DNA from: Gemmatimonadota bacterium
Lineage (GTDB): Bacteria; Gemmatimonadota; Gemmatimonadetes; Gemmatimonadales; GWC2-71-9
DNA: 28,453 bases
Assembly (NCBI GenBank): GCA_039591655.1
Contig: JBDHDE010000063.1
Span: forward strand, 1-28,453
Reading direction: 5' to 3'
Numbering within the stretch: the first letter of the stretch is position 1; the number at the start of each line of letters is the position of its first letter. Shown here one piece after another: positions 1-9,653 of this stretch. A program made the translations under genes and the position numbers. The notes below the pieces were generated by a model. It did not search any database and had not been told where the DNA came from. It saw only the letters and a list, made by a program, of their open reading frames with translations.

Positions 1-1
1 T

Positions 2-1360
2 GTACTCGTGGCTCGACGCCAGGATCTCCCAGTCGCCTCCGACCGGCTCGACGACCTGCACCTCGGCATCTTCGTCCTTGTGGTTGCGCAGGGTGATCTC
101 CCAGGCACTCTCCGAGACGCACCTCGAGACGACCTGGTAGTCCATCTGCCGCCGGTCACCCACCACGTCGAACGCTTCGCCCATCCTGATCCGGATCCGC
201 TCATCCCGGGGCGTATGGTCGATCCGGTCCTCCCCGATGAACTGCTGGGCGCCGGACGCGTCGGCCTTGTACACCCGCACGATCCCCCTGGGAAGCGGCA
301 CCCCGAGGTGGTTCTCCTCGCTGTTCTGGAAGTCCAGGTAGACGCCCACCTTCTGGTTCGCCTGGATCTGTCCGTACGAGCCCCGGTACCAGAACGGCTG
401 GCCGTAGAAGATGAGCCGCTTCTGGATCCCGATGTCCTCGCCCTCGAGCAGCGTCACCTGCTTCTGCTCGTTCTGCAGCAGATCCGTGGGGCGTTGCAGT
501 GTATACAGGTGGTACTCGAAGAAAGCCTCCTCCTGGAACTGCGGCGCTTCTGCCTCCATGGCCCTGAGCGCGTCCTGCTCCATGCGGCGCCTCCCTGCGG
601 CCGTCACCCGCTGCACCTCGCCGGCCACGAGCTTGAGCTGGGCGTTCTCGTAGCTCGTCCCACTCTGGTTGGTGAGCGTCACCCAGCCGGTGAGGTCCCC
701 CAGCGTGTCGTCCTCGTTGATCACCAGGACGTAGTCGGCCTTCCAGTTGAGGGCGTTGGTGAGGTAGGAGACCTCGAGCCGCTGGCGAGTCGCCTGGCTC
801 TGCAACAGCCAAACGAGGGTGGGCTTGGCGATCAGGTTCTCGGGAATCTCCGGAAACGAGAACCGCCCGGGGAAGTTGAACGTGATCTCATCCCCGATCC
901 GGAGAATCGTCCCCTGGTTCACCGAGAGCACCTCCGCCTCGTAGGGCTCGTCTCGGCCGCTGCGCTCGTTATAGCGGTACACCGTGACCGTCCGGCCCAC
1001 GTACTTCTCCAGCAGCTTCTGCGGATTCAGCAGGTCGTATTGGTAGTTCTGCTCCAGGACCCGCAGCCCGTCACCTCCACCCAGTGCCTTGATGTGCACC
1101 GTCTCCGGCTGGATCTGGGAGGCTACGTCCCGGAACTCCAGTGCCACCTGCCCCCTGACCAGCGTGACGTCCCGCACCTCCCGCACCAGGCCGAAGTTCT
1201 GGTTGTACACGGTGATGGACACGCTCTGCCGCTGCTCGGCGGTGGACTGGTGCGTCGCGGTCGCATCCTGCCCATCGGCCGCTACGGGCCAGAGTGCGAG
1301 CAGGAGGCTGGGCACCGCGGCCTGCCAGATGCGGCGCGACCTGAGTCTCATGGCGGACAT
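2..1360 (-). CDS. DUF4139 domain-containing exported protein (3' end runs off the window)
   Basis: Absent from the ORF track because there is no stop in the window. Partial manual translation from ATG 1360 (AAGGAG RBS at about 1367-1372) gives MSAMRLRSRRIWQAAVPSLLLALWPVAADG (signal-like), then VSITVYNQNFGLVREVR...LEFRDVASQIQPETV...VLEQNYQYDLLNPQKLLEKYVG, typical of DUF4139/DUF4140 proteins. Confidence 0.8.
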   Translation of the reverse strand, partial: MSAMRLRSRRIWQAAVPSLLLALWPVAADGQDATATHQSTAEQRQSVSITVYNQNFGLVREVRDVTLVRGQVALEFRDVASQIQPETVHIKALGGGDGLRVLEQNYQYDLLNPQKLLEKYVGRTVTVYRYNERSGRDEPYEAEVLSVNQGTILRIGDEITFNFPGRFSFPEIPENLIAKPTLVWLLQSQATRQRLEVSYLTNALNWKADYVLVINEDDTLGDLTGWVTLTNQSGTSYENAQLKLVAGEVQRVTAAGRRRMEQDALRAMEAEAPQFQEEAFFEYHLYTLQRPTDLLQNEQKQVTLLEGEDIGIQKRLIFYGQPFWYRGSYGQIQANQKVGVYLDFQNSEENHLGVPLPRGIVRVYKADASGAQQFIGEDRIDHTPRDERIRIRMGEAFDVVGDRRQMDYQVVSRCVSESAWEITLRNHKDEDAEVQVVEPVGGDWEILASSHEY

Positions 1361-1623
1361 CGTACGCTCCTTGTGTCGCTGTCTATCCCGGGTGACGTCC
1401 GGGGGCCCCGGGTTTGCACATCCGGACCCGGCGGCGGGAGCCCCCAGGAGTCGGCGCCCGATGGGCGGTCAGCCCTGGGTTGAAAACCCGGAGTCCCTTG
1501 GAGAAATTAAGCGCTCCTGGAGATCCTTGCTCAGGAATCCAGATGCGTGCCGGGCCAGCTCCACGGGATCGTCGCCGGGCCGAAGCCGATACTCATACAG
1601 AAGCAGTACAGGAGAAACCCACC

Positions 1624-4600
1624 ATGCGCCCCCGAGCAGCCACCCTCGCCCTCGCGTCCCTCATGGCCTTCGCCTCGCCCCTCGAGGCGCAGGTCGATGC
1701 CCGGATGTTCCGCTATCCCGACGTCTCGGCCACGCACATCACGTTCGTGTTCGCCGGCGACATCTGGGTCGTTGACAAGGTGGGCGGGACGGCCCACCAC
1801 CTGAGCTCCCCGCCCGGCGAGGAGGCCTTTCCCCGCTTCTCGCCCGACGGCTCGCAGATCGCCTTCAGCGCCAACTACGACGGCAACACCGATGTCTACG
1901 TGGTGCCTACCCTCGGCGGCGAACCCGTGCGGGTGACCCATCATCCAATGGGCGACCGCATGCTGGACTGGTACCCCGACGGCACGGCGCTGCTGTTCGC
2001 ATCCGCCCGGGAAAGTGGGCGCCAGCGCTACCGCCAGTTCTTCCGTGTGGCGCCGACAGGCGGGCTACCAGAGAAGCTTGCCCTGCCATATGGAGAGTTC
2101 GGCACGCCGTCGCCCGACGGCGCCATGCTGGCCTTCACGATCCGGGCGCGGGAGTTCCGCACCTGGAAGCGGTACCGCGGAGGCATGACAACTGACATCT
2201 GGCTGTTCGATCTCGAGACCCTCGAGTCCCGGCGGATAGCCAGCCACCCGGCCACCGATGCGCAGCCAATGTGGTATGGGCGCACGGTCTACTTCTTGTC
2301 CGACCGGGATGAGAACCAGCGCTACAACCTCTGGGCGTACGACCTCGATACCGAAGGCGTCCGTCAGGTAACGCGCTTCGTGGACCACGACGTCACGTTC
2401 CCCGCTGCCGGGCCGTCCGACATCGTGTTCCAGGCCGGCGGGCGGCTCTATCTGCTCGACCTCGCCACCGAGCAGTTGGTGGAGGTCGAGATCGACGTGG
2501 TAACCGATCAGACGACGCTGCGACCGCGCAGCGAGAAGGTGGCCAGCCTTGTCCTCAACGCCGGGATCTCACCGTCGGGCAAGCGGGCTGTCTTCGAGGC
2601 CCGCGGCGAGGTCTTCACCCTGCCCGCAGAGCACGGTCCGGTCCGCAACCTCACAAACAGCTCGGGCGCGGCGGAGCGCTACCCCGCATGGTCCCCCGAT
2701 GGTCGGTGGGTGGCATACTGGAGTGACCGTAGCGGCGAGTACCAGCTAGCGGTGCGGCCGGCCGACGGTTCCGGTGAGGAGCGCACCCTCACCGAATACG
2801 GCCCTGGTTACCGCTATCAGCTGGTGTGGTCACCGGACTCGAAGAAGCTCGCCTTCGTGGACCAGACGATGACGATCCGGATCTACGACATGGACCGGGG
2901 CCGGACAACCGACGTGGATCAGGCCCTGGGGTGGTATCAGGGGTCGCTGAACGCCTTCCATCCGAGTTGGTCGGCGGACAGCCGGTGGCTCGCCTACGCC
3001 CGGGACCTGGAGAACCAGAACAACGCGATATTCCTGTTCGACAGCCGTTCGGGCCAGCTGCATCAGGTGACGTCAGGCTACTACAGCGACGCCCAGCCGG
3101 CGTTCGATCCGGATGGGCAGTACCTGTACTTCCTCACCAACCGGTCGTTCCAGCCGATCTACAGCGACTTCGACAACACCTGGGTGTACCCCAACGCCAC
3201 CGGCATTGCCGCTGCTTCCCTACGCGGGGACGTCCCGTCCCTCCTCGCGCCGCGGAGCGACGAGGAGGCAGTGGGGGAGGACGAGGAGAACGACGCCGAC
3301 GATGATGAGGTCGACGCCGTCGAGATCGACCTAGTGAATTTCGAGCGCCGGGTGACAGTCCTACCGCCCGAGCCCGGGAACTACAACAACCTGCGGGCCA
3401 CCCCCGGCAAGATCGTGTACCGTCGCCTGCCGCGGTCGGGGAGCGGCAGCGAAGAGAGCCCCATCGTCTTCTGGGATCTGGAGGAGCGCGAAGAGCAGAC
3501 GGTGATCGGTGACGCCGACGGGTTCGACGTGTCGGCCGACGGGAAGAAGCTGCTGGTCCGAGAGAGCCGCCGGTTCGCCATCATCGACCTCAAGCCCGAC
3601 CAGAAGATGGAGACGCCGCTGAGCACGTCCGAGATGGAGATGCTCGTGGATCCCAGGGCCGAGTGGCGCCAGCTCTTCACCGACGCATGGCGGCTGGAGC
3701 GGGACTTCTTCTACGACCCCAACATGCACGGGGTGGACTGGGCGGCGATGCGCGGGCACTACGGTCGCCTGCTCGAGGACGCCGTGACCCGCTGGGACGT
3801 GAACTTCGTGATCGGCGAGCTCATCGCCGAGCTCAATGCCTCGCACACCTATCGGGGAGGCGGTGACACGGAATCGGCGCCGCGGCGCCAGGCGGGGATG
3901 CTCGGGGTCGACTGGACCCTGGAGAACGGCGCCTATCGCATCGCGCGGATAATCGACGGCGCGCCGTGGGACACCGAAGTCCGCTCCCCGCTCAATCAGC
4001 CCGGCATCGGCGTGGGCGAGGGCGACTATGTCTTGGCCGTGAACGGCATGGCCCTCGACCCGGCGAAGGACCCGTGGGCGGCGTTCCAGGGTCTGGCAGA
4101 TCAGACCGTGGAGCTCACCGTCAACGACGAACCGCAGATGAACGGCGCACGGCGGATCCTGGTGAAGACTCTCCAGAGCGAGACGCGCCTGCGGCACCTG
4201 GCCTGGATCGAGGCCAACCGCAGGACGGTCGACGAGGCCACGAACGGCCGTGTGGGCTACGTCTACGTCCGCAACACCAGCCGCGACGGGCAATCGGAGC
4301 TGTTGCGCCAGTTCCGGGCCCAGATCGACAAGGACGGGCTGATCATCGACGAGCGCTGGAACAGTGGCGGGCAGATCCCCGACCGGTTCGTGGAGCTGCT
4401 GAACCGGCCAGCCCTCGCGTTCTGGGCGGTGCGCGACGGCATGGATTGGCCGTGGCCGCCAATCGCGCATTTCGGTCCCAAGGTCATGCTGATCAATGGG
4501 TGGAGCGGCTCAGGTGGAGACGCATTCCCCGACTACTTCCAGAAGGCCGGGGTCGGGCCGCTCATCGGCACACGCACTTGGGGTGGCCTCATCGGGATGA

Positions 4601-4887
4601 CCGGGGCCCCGAGGCTGATCGACGGCGGCCGCGTGACGGTGCCGACGTTCCGGATGTACGGCACCGATGGCCGGTGGTTCGCCGAAGGACACGGGGTGGA
4701 GCCCGACATCGAGGTACCCGAGGACCCCACCGCCCTGGCGCAGGGCCGCGAGCCGCAGCTCGAGCGGGCGATCCAGGAGGTGCTCCGCCTCATCGGGGCG
4801 AGCCCGCCCGTCAGGCCACTGCGGCCACCGTACGAGGACCGCCGCGCGCCGGCACAGGTCTCGGAGGAGGGCACGCGGGAGCCGTAG
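1624..4887 (+). CDS. Tricorn protease homolog (peptidase S41; beta-propellers, PDZ, catalytic domain)
   Basis: Signal peptide MRPRAATLALASLMAFASPLEAQ; PD40-type repeats (PRFSPDG, PAWSPDG); ELNASHTY (His), DERWNSGG, WSGSGGDAFP (catalytic Ser), GTRTWGG, EGHGVEPDIEV. Start set at ATG 1624 after an AGGAG RBS. Confidence 0.93.
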   Translation: MRPRAATLALASLMAFASPLEAQVDARMFRYPDVSATHITFVFAGDIWVVDKVGGTAHHLSSPPGEEAFPRFSPDGSQIAFSANYDGNTDVYVVPTLGGEPVRVTHHPMGDRMLDWYPDGTALLFASARESGRQRYRQFFRVAPTGGLPEKLALPYGEFGTPSPDGAMLAFTIRAREFRTWKRYRGGMTTDIWLFDLETLESRRIASHPATDAQPMWYGRTVYFLSDRDENQRYNLWAYDLDTEGVRQVTRFVDHDVTFPAAGPSDIVFQAGGRLYLLDLATEQLVEVEIDVVTDQTTLRPRSEKVASLVLNAGISPSGKRAVFEARGEVFTLPAEHGPVRNLTNSSGAAERYPAWSPDGRWVAYWSDRSGEYQLAVRPADGSGEERTLTEYGPGYRYQLVWSPDSKKLAFVDQTMTIRIYDMDRGRTTDVDQALGWYQGSLNAFHPSWSADSRWLAYARDLENQNNAIFLFDSRSGQLHQVTSGYYSDAQPAFDPDGQYLYFLTNRSFQPIYSDFDNTWVYPNATGIAAASLRGDVPSLLAPRSDEEAVGEDEENDADDDEVDAVEIDLVNFERRVTVLPPEPGNYNNLRATPGKIVYRRLPRSGSGSEESPIVFWDLEEREEQTVIGDADGFDVSADGKKLLVRESRRFAIIDLKPDQKMETPLSTSEMEMLVDPRAEWRQLFTDAWRLERDFFYDPNMHGVDWAAMRGHYGRLLEDAVTRWDVNFVIGELIAELNASHTYRGGGDTESAPRRQAGMLGVDWTLENGAYRIARIIDGAPWDTEVRSPLNQPGIGVGEGDYVLAVNGMALDPAKDPWAAFQGLADQTVELTVNDEPQMNGARRILVKTLQSETRLRHLAWIEANRRTVDEATNGRVGYVYVRNTSRDGQSELLRQFRAQIDKDGLIIDERWNSGGQIPDRFVELLNRPALAFWAVRDGMDWPWPPIAHFGPKVMLINGWSGSGGDAFPDYFQKAGVGPLIGTRTWGGLIGMTGAPRLIDGGRVTVPTFRMYGTDGRWFAEGHGVEPDIEVPEDPTALAQGREPQLERAIQEVLRLIGASPPVRPLRPPYEDRRAPAQVSEEGTREP

Positions 4888-4939
4888 CTCCTTCGACCAG
4901 GTGCGGAAGCGAGGGGATGGGGCTCACCAGAGCGAAGAG

Positions 4940-6949
4940 CTACCAGCGCTCGTTTATCCCCCGGGCCACGTGATCGGCGATGGCCATGATGGTGAGCATG
5001 GGGTTGACCCCGCACGAGGTCGGGAAGGCGCTGGCGTCGGCGACGTAGAGCCCTCTGACCTCGTGTGACTCCCCCGTCTCGCCCACCACCGAGCGGGCCG
5101 GATCGTCGCCCATCGCGGCGCTCGCGACCTGATGGAACGAGATGTACGACAGCCGAATGTGGCGGTACCCCCGGCCGTCGGCGGCGGCCGCAAAGCGATC
5201 CCGCCAGCCCGATTCACCGGGACGCACCCGGGCCGGCGGCGTCTGCAGGGTGAAGATCTCCTCGGCGCCGGCTGCCGCCAGGACCTCCGCCGCGCCCACC
5301 ATTGCGTTTCGCACGTGTTCCGCATCGAAACTGGAAAGCTCGTACTGCACCCGGGGCTGACCATCCCTCCCCACGGCCACCCGACCCGGGTCCCGATCGC
5401 GCAGCAGCAGGCCCACCAGGCCCAGGTGCCCGAGCCTCGCCACGTCTTCCTTGAACTGCCGTGCGCTGTCCCACCCGAAGGCGCTGGCCGCGAGGACGAA
5501 GTGCGCCGGTGCCGTCTCGAACTTGGCGCCGTACCCGTCGTGCTGATCGGCGAACTGATCCGAGTACCGCGTCTGAGTCGACCCGGTCCAGGGATCCACG
5601 CGCTCCGGGAACACTCCCATCAGTGCTGTAGCCGGCTGCAGCCGCAGTCCGCGACCGATGCTCTTGTTCGTGAGGCCGGAGCGAGCTAGTACAGCCGGCG
5701 TGTACACGCCGCCGGCCGCCACCACCACGATCCGCGCGTGCACGGTGAGGCGGCATGACGTGCCGTCCGGTCGCTCCACCGTCGCCGTGACACCGGTCGC
5801 CCGGCCGCCCTCGACGAGCACCCGCTCCACCTCACATCCCGGGATGAGACGGGCGCCTGCTGCCACCGCATCCCTCAGGTACGTGCGAGCCGTGGAGTTC
5901 TTGGCGCCGTGCCGGCAACCGTAGCCACAGAACCCGCACTCCACGCCCTCGAGGCAGTCGGTCACGTTCCGCGGCATGCTGTCGACGTGCCAACCCAGAG
6001 CCCGGCATCCTCGCTCCAGGATCTCGTCGCGCTTGCCGGGCGTGGTCCAGCGCGTGCCCACGTCGATGCGGGCGGCGACCCGCTCCAGCGATTCAGTGAA
6101 CCGCCCGCTCGAGAACAGGGTGAGCCCGGAGAGCCGGTCCCACTCATCGCGCACCGGCGGCGGCGGCTGGAAGCTCGTGGTGTAGTTGATGACCGTCCCA
6201 CCACCGAGGCAACTGCCGGCGAGAATCGGCATCGAACCACTCTGGGTCATGAGGAGCCCGCCATCCAGGTAGAGCGAGCTCAGCATATCCCCCTCGATCT
6301 GGGTCATGTCCCGCGAGCCGGGGTTTGGCCCCTTGTCCAGCACCACTACGCTGCGGCCCGCCGCAGCACACACACCCGCCACTACTCCACCGCCCGCACC
6401 GGAGCCCACCACCACCACGTCGCAGTCCAGCGTAGTGTCCTCCTCCACGGCAACCGCCGGGAGCGGCTCGACGGCCGTCTCCGGCTGCGGCAGTGGCCCG
6501 GGATACCCGACCGCCCGCCACGCCGGGTGGGTCCCGTCGACGGGCCATCCGTAGTAGGCCACATGCGCCAGGCGCTTGAGCGCCTGGAACCCTGCGCGGC
6601 GGAGCGGTAACCGCGAGTGCGCCCACCCTCGCAAGACCGCCTCACGGGCGCGCGGGGCCATCGAGGTGAACGATGCCGGGCGCCCGCTCAATACCAGGTT
6701 CGCCAGCGGCGAGCCCAGGACGGTGAGCAGCGTCTTGAGGCGCTCCCGGTCCCGGGTGTCCCGCAGTGAGGCGATCAGCTGCTCGACTCGACCCGCGGTA
6801 CCGGCCGCCTGCGCCCCGCTGGCGAAGAAGCCCGTGGGGTCGTCGTCGCGCTCGATCTCGGGAAGGAGTGTGTCGCAGACGGCGGCGAGCACCTGGCGCT
6901 GCCGCACCGTGAGGTCGGATTGGCTCGGCTCAGTCGTCATGGTGCGCAT
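4940..6949 (-). CDS. GMC family flavin oxidoreductase, long-chain alcohol oxidase-like
   Basis: FAD motif VVVVGSGAGGGV; AGSCLGGGTVINY; CxxCGFCGYGC segment; C-terminal FHQ...MG and DASAFPTSCGVNPMLTI. The N-terminal helical extension resembles fatty alcohol oxidases. Start could be 6940. Confidence 0.85.
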   Translation of the reverse strand: MRTMTTEPSQSDLTVRQRQVLAAVCDTLLPEIERDDDPTGFFASGAQAAGTAGRVEQLIASLRDTRDRERLKTLLTVLGSPLANLVLSGRPASFTSMAPRAREAVLRGWAHSRLPLRRAGFQALKRLAHVAYYGWPVDGTHPAWRAVGYPGPLPQPETAVEPLPAVAVEEDTTLDCDVVVVGSGAGGGVVAGVCAAAGRSVVVLDKGPNPGSRDMTQIEGDMLSSLYLDGGLLMTQSGSMPILAGSCLGGGTVINYTTSFQPPPPVRDEWDRLSGLTLFSSGRFTESLERVAARIDVGTRWTTPGKRDEILERGCRALGWHVDSMPRNVTDCLEGVECGFCGYGCRHGAKNSTARTYLRDAVAAGARLIPGCEVERVLVEGGRATGVTATVERPDGTSCRLTVHARIVVVAAGGVYTPAVLARSGLTNKSIGRGLRLQPATALMGVFPERVDPWTGSTQTRYSDQFADQHDGYGAKFETAPAHFVLAASAFGWDSARQFKEDVARLGHLGLVGLLLRDRDPGRVAVGRDGQPRVQYELSSFDAEHVRNAMVGAAEVLAAAGAEEIFTLQTPPARVRPGESGWRDRFAAAADGRGYRHIRLSYISFHQVASAAMGDDPARSVVGETGESHEVRGLYVADASAFPTSCGVNPMLTIMAIADHVARGINERW

Positions 6950-7014
6950 AAAGTGATCCCCCCGGCACGGGGCAGGCAAGCCGTTCACCGTGGGACGCCA
7001 TGCTAGATTGCGAC

Positions 7015-8526
7015 ATGCGTCTCTCCGCCAGCGATCTCTACACCTATCACCGGCCCAGCCGCTGTGATCTCCGCGTGGTCCTGCGGCATCGGGGCGAGCT
7101 GGAGTCCCAGCCCGGCGAGTACGAGGAGGTCCTGCGTCGCCTGGGAGAGCGCCACGAACGCTCGCACCTCGCGTCCTTGACCGGCGCCGTCATGCTGGAT
7201 ACCGGCACCCGAGAGGAGCGGGAGCGCCTCACGCGCCAGGCGGTCACCGACGCCCAGGAAGTCATCTATCAGCCAGCGCTACGGTCCCACATGGAGAGCG
7301 ACGGCGTCCGCTGGGAGGTGGTCGGCGACCCAGATCTCTTGATCCGGTGGGGGGACGGCTACCTCATTCGCGACTGCAAGATCGCGCAGCGCATCACACA
7401 CGCCGACCACCCAGAGATCCACCTGCAGATGGAGCTCTACGGATGGCTCTACGAGCGCGCCTTCGGCGTGCCGCCCAAGGCCCTCGAGGTGTACAACGGT
7501 GCCGGTGAGATCGTGGAGCTCGCCTACAAGGGAGGAACGCGGGCCCTACAGGAGCTCGAGCTCATCGCAAGGCTCAAGCGGTCCAAGCGCGAGCCCTACG
7601 TGCCCGTCGGCTGGACCAAGTGCAGCCACTGCGGGTTCCGCTACCGCTGCTGGCCCCAGGCGGAGGAGCGCAAGGACGTCGCGCTCGTATACGGGGTCGA
7701 CCAGTGGATGGCCCACGAGCTGAGGGAGGACGGCGTCGAGACCTACCCCCAACTCGTCGACCGGTTCACCGCAGAGCGACTGGCGCGACTGACCAGGCCC
7801 ACCGCATCGCATACCTGGAAGGTCGGCAAACGGGCCCCGTCCATTCTGCGCATGGCGCGCGCGCTCATGGCGGGACACGAGATGCTGATACAACCTCCGG
7901 TCATCCCGGAGCATCCCAACTACGTGATGTTCGACCTCGAGGGCATGCCGCCCCAACTCCAGGAGCCAGCGAAGATCTACCTGTGGGGACTACAGGTCTT
8001 CGGCGATCGACCCTCGGAGTTCCGCTACGCCCTCGCGAACTTCGATCTCGACGGCGACGGGAATGGGTGGCGCGACTTCCTGGCGTTGGCGGGCGTGGTC
8101 TTCGAGGAGTACGGGGATCTGCCGTTCGTCCACTGGTACTCTTATGAGAAGACCAACATCGCGATGTACGTGGAGCGCTACGGTGACCCGGAGGGCATCG
8201 CGGCCCGGGTGCTGGCCAACCTGGTGGACTTCCTCCCCATCACCCAGGAGTCCATCGCGCTGCCCCTCTACAGCTACAGCCTGAAGGAAGTGGAGCGACA
8301 CATCGGATACGAGCGGTCCTTGGCGGGGACGAGCGGTGACTGGGCGATGGCGCGCTACGTGGAGGCCTTCGAGACCCGGGACGAGCTCGAGCGCGAAGCG
8401 CTCATGAGCCTGATCATCGCCTACAACCGGGAGGATCTCGAAGCGATGTGGGCGGTGGTGCAGTGGCTCAAGAGCAAGGCCAAACCGGACCTCAAGCTGG
8501 TGCGCGTAGAGGAGTCTCCCACATAG
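7015..8526 (+). CDS. TM0106 family RecB-like putative nuclease (PD-(D/E)xK plus C-terminal RNase H-like domain)
   Basis: N-terminal LSASDL; GDPDLL...IRDCK nuclease motif; QMELY; KCSHCGFRYRC Cys cluster; FDLEG, HWYSYE, SYSLKEV, YNREDL in the RNase H-like domain. Confidence 0.85.
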   Translation: MRLSASDLYTYHRPSRCDLRVVLRHRGELESQPGEYEEVLRRLGERHERSHLASLTGAVMLDTGTREERERLTRQAVTDAQEVIYQPALRSHMESDGVRWEVVGDPDLLIRWGDGYLIRDCKIAQRITHADHPEIHLQMELYGWLYERAFGVPPKALEVYNGAGEIVELAYKGGTRALQELELIARLKRSKREPYVPVGWTKCSHCGFRYRCWPQAEERKDVALVYGVDQWMAHELREDGVETYPQLVDRFTAERLARLTRPTASHTWKVGKRAPSILRMARALMAGHEMLIQPPVIPEHPNYVMFDLEGMPPQLQEPAKIYLWGLQVFGDRPSEFRYALANFDLDGDGNGWRDFLALAGVVFEEYGDLPFVHWYSYEKTNIAMYVERYGDPEGIAARVLANLVDFLPITQESIALPLYSYSLKEVERHIGYERSLAGTSGDWAMARYVEAFETRDELEREALMSLIIAYNREDLEAMWAVVQWLKSKAKPDLKLVRVEESPT

Positions 8527-8546
8527 GAGCGGTGAGTCGCACGTCC

Positions 8547-9653
8547 ATGCGTTGCCCTAGCCGGCGCCGCCCGTCCATTGCGTTCCTCCTGGCAGCCGGA
8601 GCTGCTGTGGGCTGCGGAGCCTCCGAGGGCCAAAACCCCAGCTTCGACTTCTCCGGGATCACGGCCTTCTGGGACGTCGTCGATACCCTCCTGCAAGATC
8701 GCTCGCCATCGTCGGAACAGTGGGATCGCATCTTCGAGACACCCGGCTATGCAGCGCTCACAGCTAGCGAGTTCGATCCGGAGTTCTTCAAGGAGCAGTT
8801 CGCGCTGGCGTACCAACCATCTCGCGAAGCCGAGCGGGTGGCAGCGCTGGACTCCGCAACGAGCACCCGGTTTCTGCGGCACTACCGGCGGGTCGGCGAC
8901 GCGCGATCCCAGCTCGAGGAGCAGGCCGGCCTGCTGCGCCGCACTCCCCTGTGCAATGATGCGCTCACTCGCAGCCGGGCCTTCCTCCCCGAGCCCCAGT
9001 ACACAGAGTGTCCTCCTGTCTCGTTCGTGATCTTCGCGAACGACGGTCGGGGTTACGACCCCATCGTCGTGGACCTGCTGGCTTCCATCAGCTGGGATAT
9101 CGGGCCATTCCTGGCGCACGAGTTCCACCACTGGATCCGTAATCGGCAGCTCGCGTTCGACTGGAGTGCGGTGGCGGCGGAGGACCGCGATCTGCTCTGG
9201 GTCCTCGATCAGCTGCAGGCCGAAGGAATCGCCGACCACATCGACAAGGCTGCCTGGATGGAGGACGAGGCGGCGATTCCCACCGGCCGCGCATCGTACG
9301 CAGCGGAGTACCGGCGACACGTGCTGGACGCGGCGGCCCTCCTCGGAACGGTGGATTCCCTCTTGTGCGAGCTGAGCGACAGCGGCGCTGACCGGCTGGC
9401 GGCCGGGGCGCGGCTTCGGAGTATGATACCGCAGAGCGGTCACCCCACCGGCTTCTACATGGCACGAACCATCTTGGAGACGCTGGGGCGGGAGGCGCTC
9501 GTGCAGGAACTCGGCAACCCGTTCAACTTCGTGGTACGGTACCAGGAGGCGACCACGCGACGCGAAGGTCGCCCTGGGTTCTCCTCATGCGCCACGATCG
9601 CCCTTGATACGCTGCGGCACCGGTACGAGCGCCGGCCGGGGGGCGGCTCGTGA
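8547..9653 (+). CDS. Putative Zn-dependent protease lipoprotein (DUF5700-like)
   Basis: Lipobox-like LLAAGAAVGC; HEFHH (HExxH) followed by EGIAD as third ligand; GHPTGFYMA. Start uncertain (GTG 8532 or ATG 8547). Confidence 0.7.
   Translation: MRCPSRRRPSIAFLLAAGAAVGCGASEGQNPSFDFSGITAFWDVVDTLLQDRSPSSEQWDRIFETPGYAALTASEFDPEFFKEQFALAYQPSREAERVAALDSATSTRFLRHYRRVGDARSQLEEQAGLLRRTPLCNDALTRSRAFLPEPQYTECPPVSFVIFANDGRGYDPIVVDLLASISWDIGPFLAHEFHHWIRNRQLAFDWSAVAAEDRDLLWVLDQLQAEGIADHIDKAAWMEDEAAIPTGRASYAAEYRRHVLDAAALLGTVDSLLCELSDSGADRLAAGARLRSMIPQSGHPTGFYMARTILETLGREALVQELGNPFNFVVRYQEATTRREGRPGFSSCATIALDTLRHRYERRPGGGS

Noticed and set aside
8..1483. 491-aa plus-strand ORF
   Set aside because: Antisense shadow of the DUF4139 gene, with no recognisable motifs. 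Such shadows are common in high-GC DNA.
1414..1623. 70-aa N-terminal extension of the tricorn ORF
   Set aside because: The RBS and signal peptide point to ATG 1624.
7015..8526. Cas4 / CRISPR-associated locus
   Set aside because: No repeat-spacer array or other cas gene was seen, and the domain layout fits TM0106.
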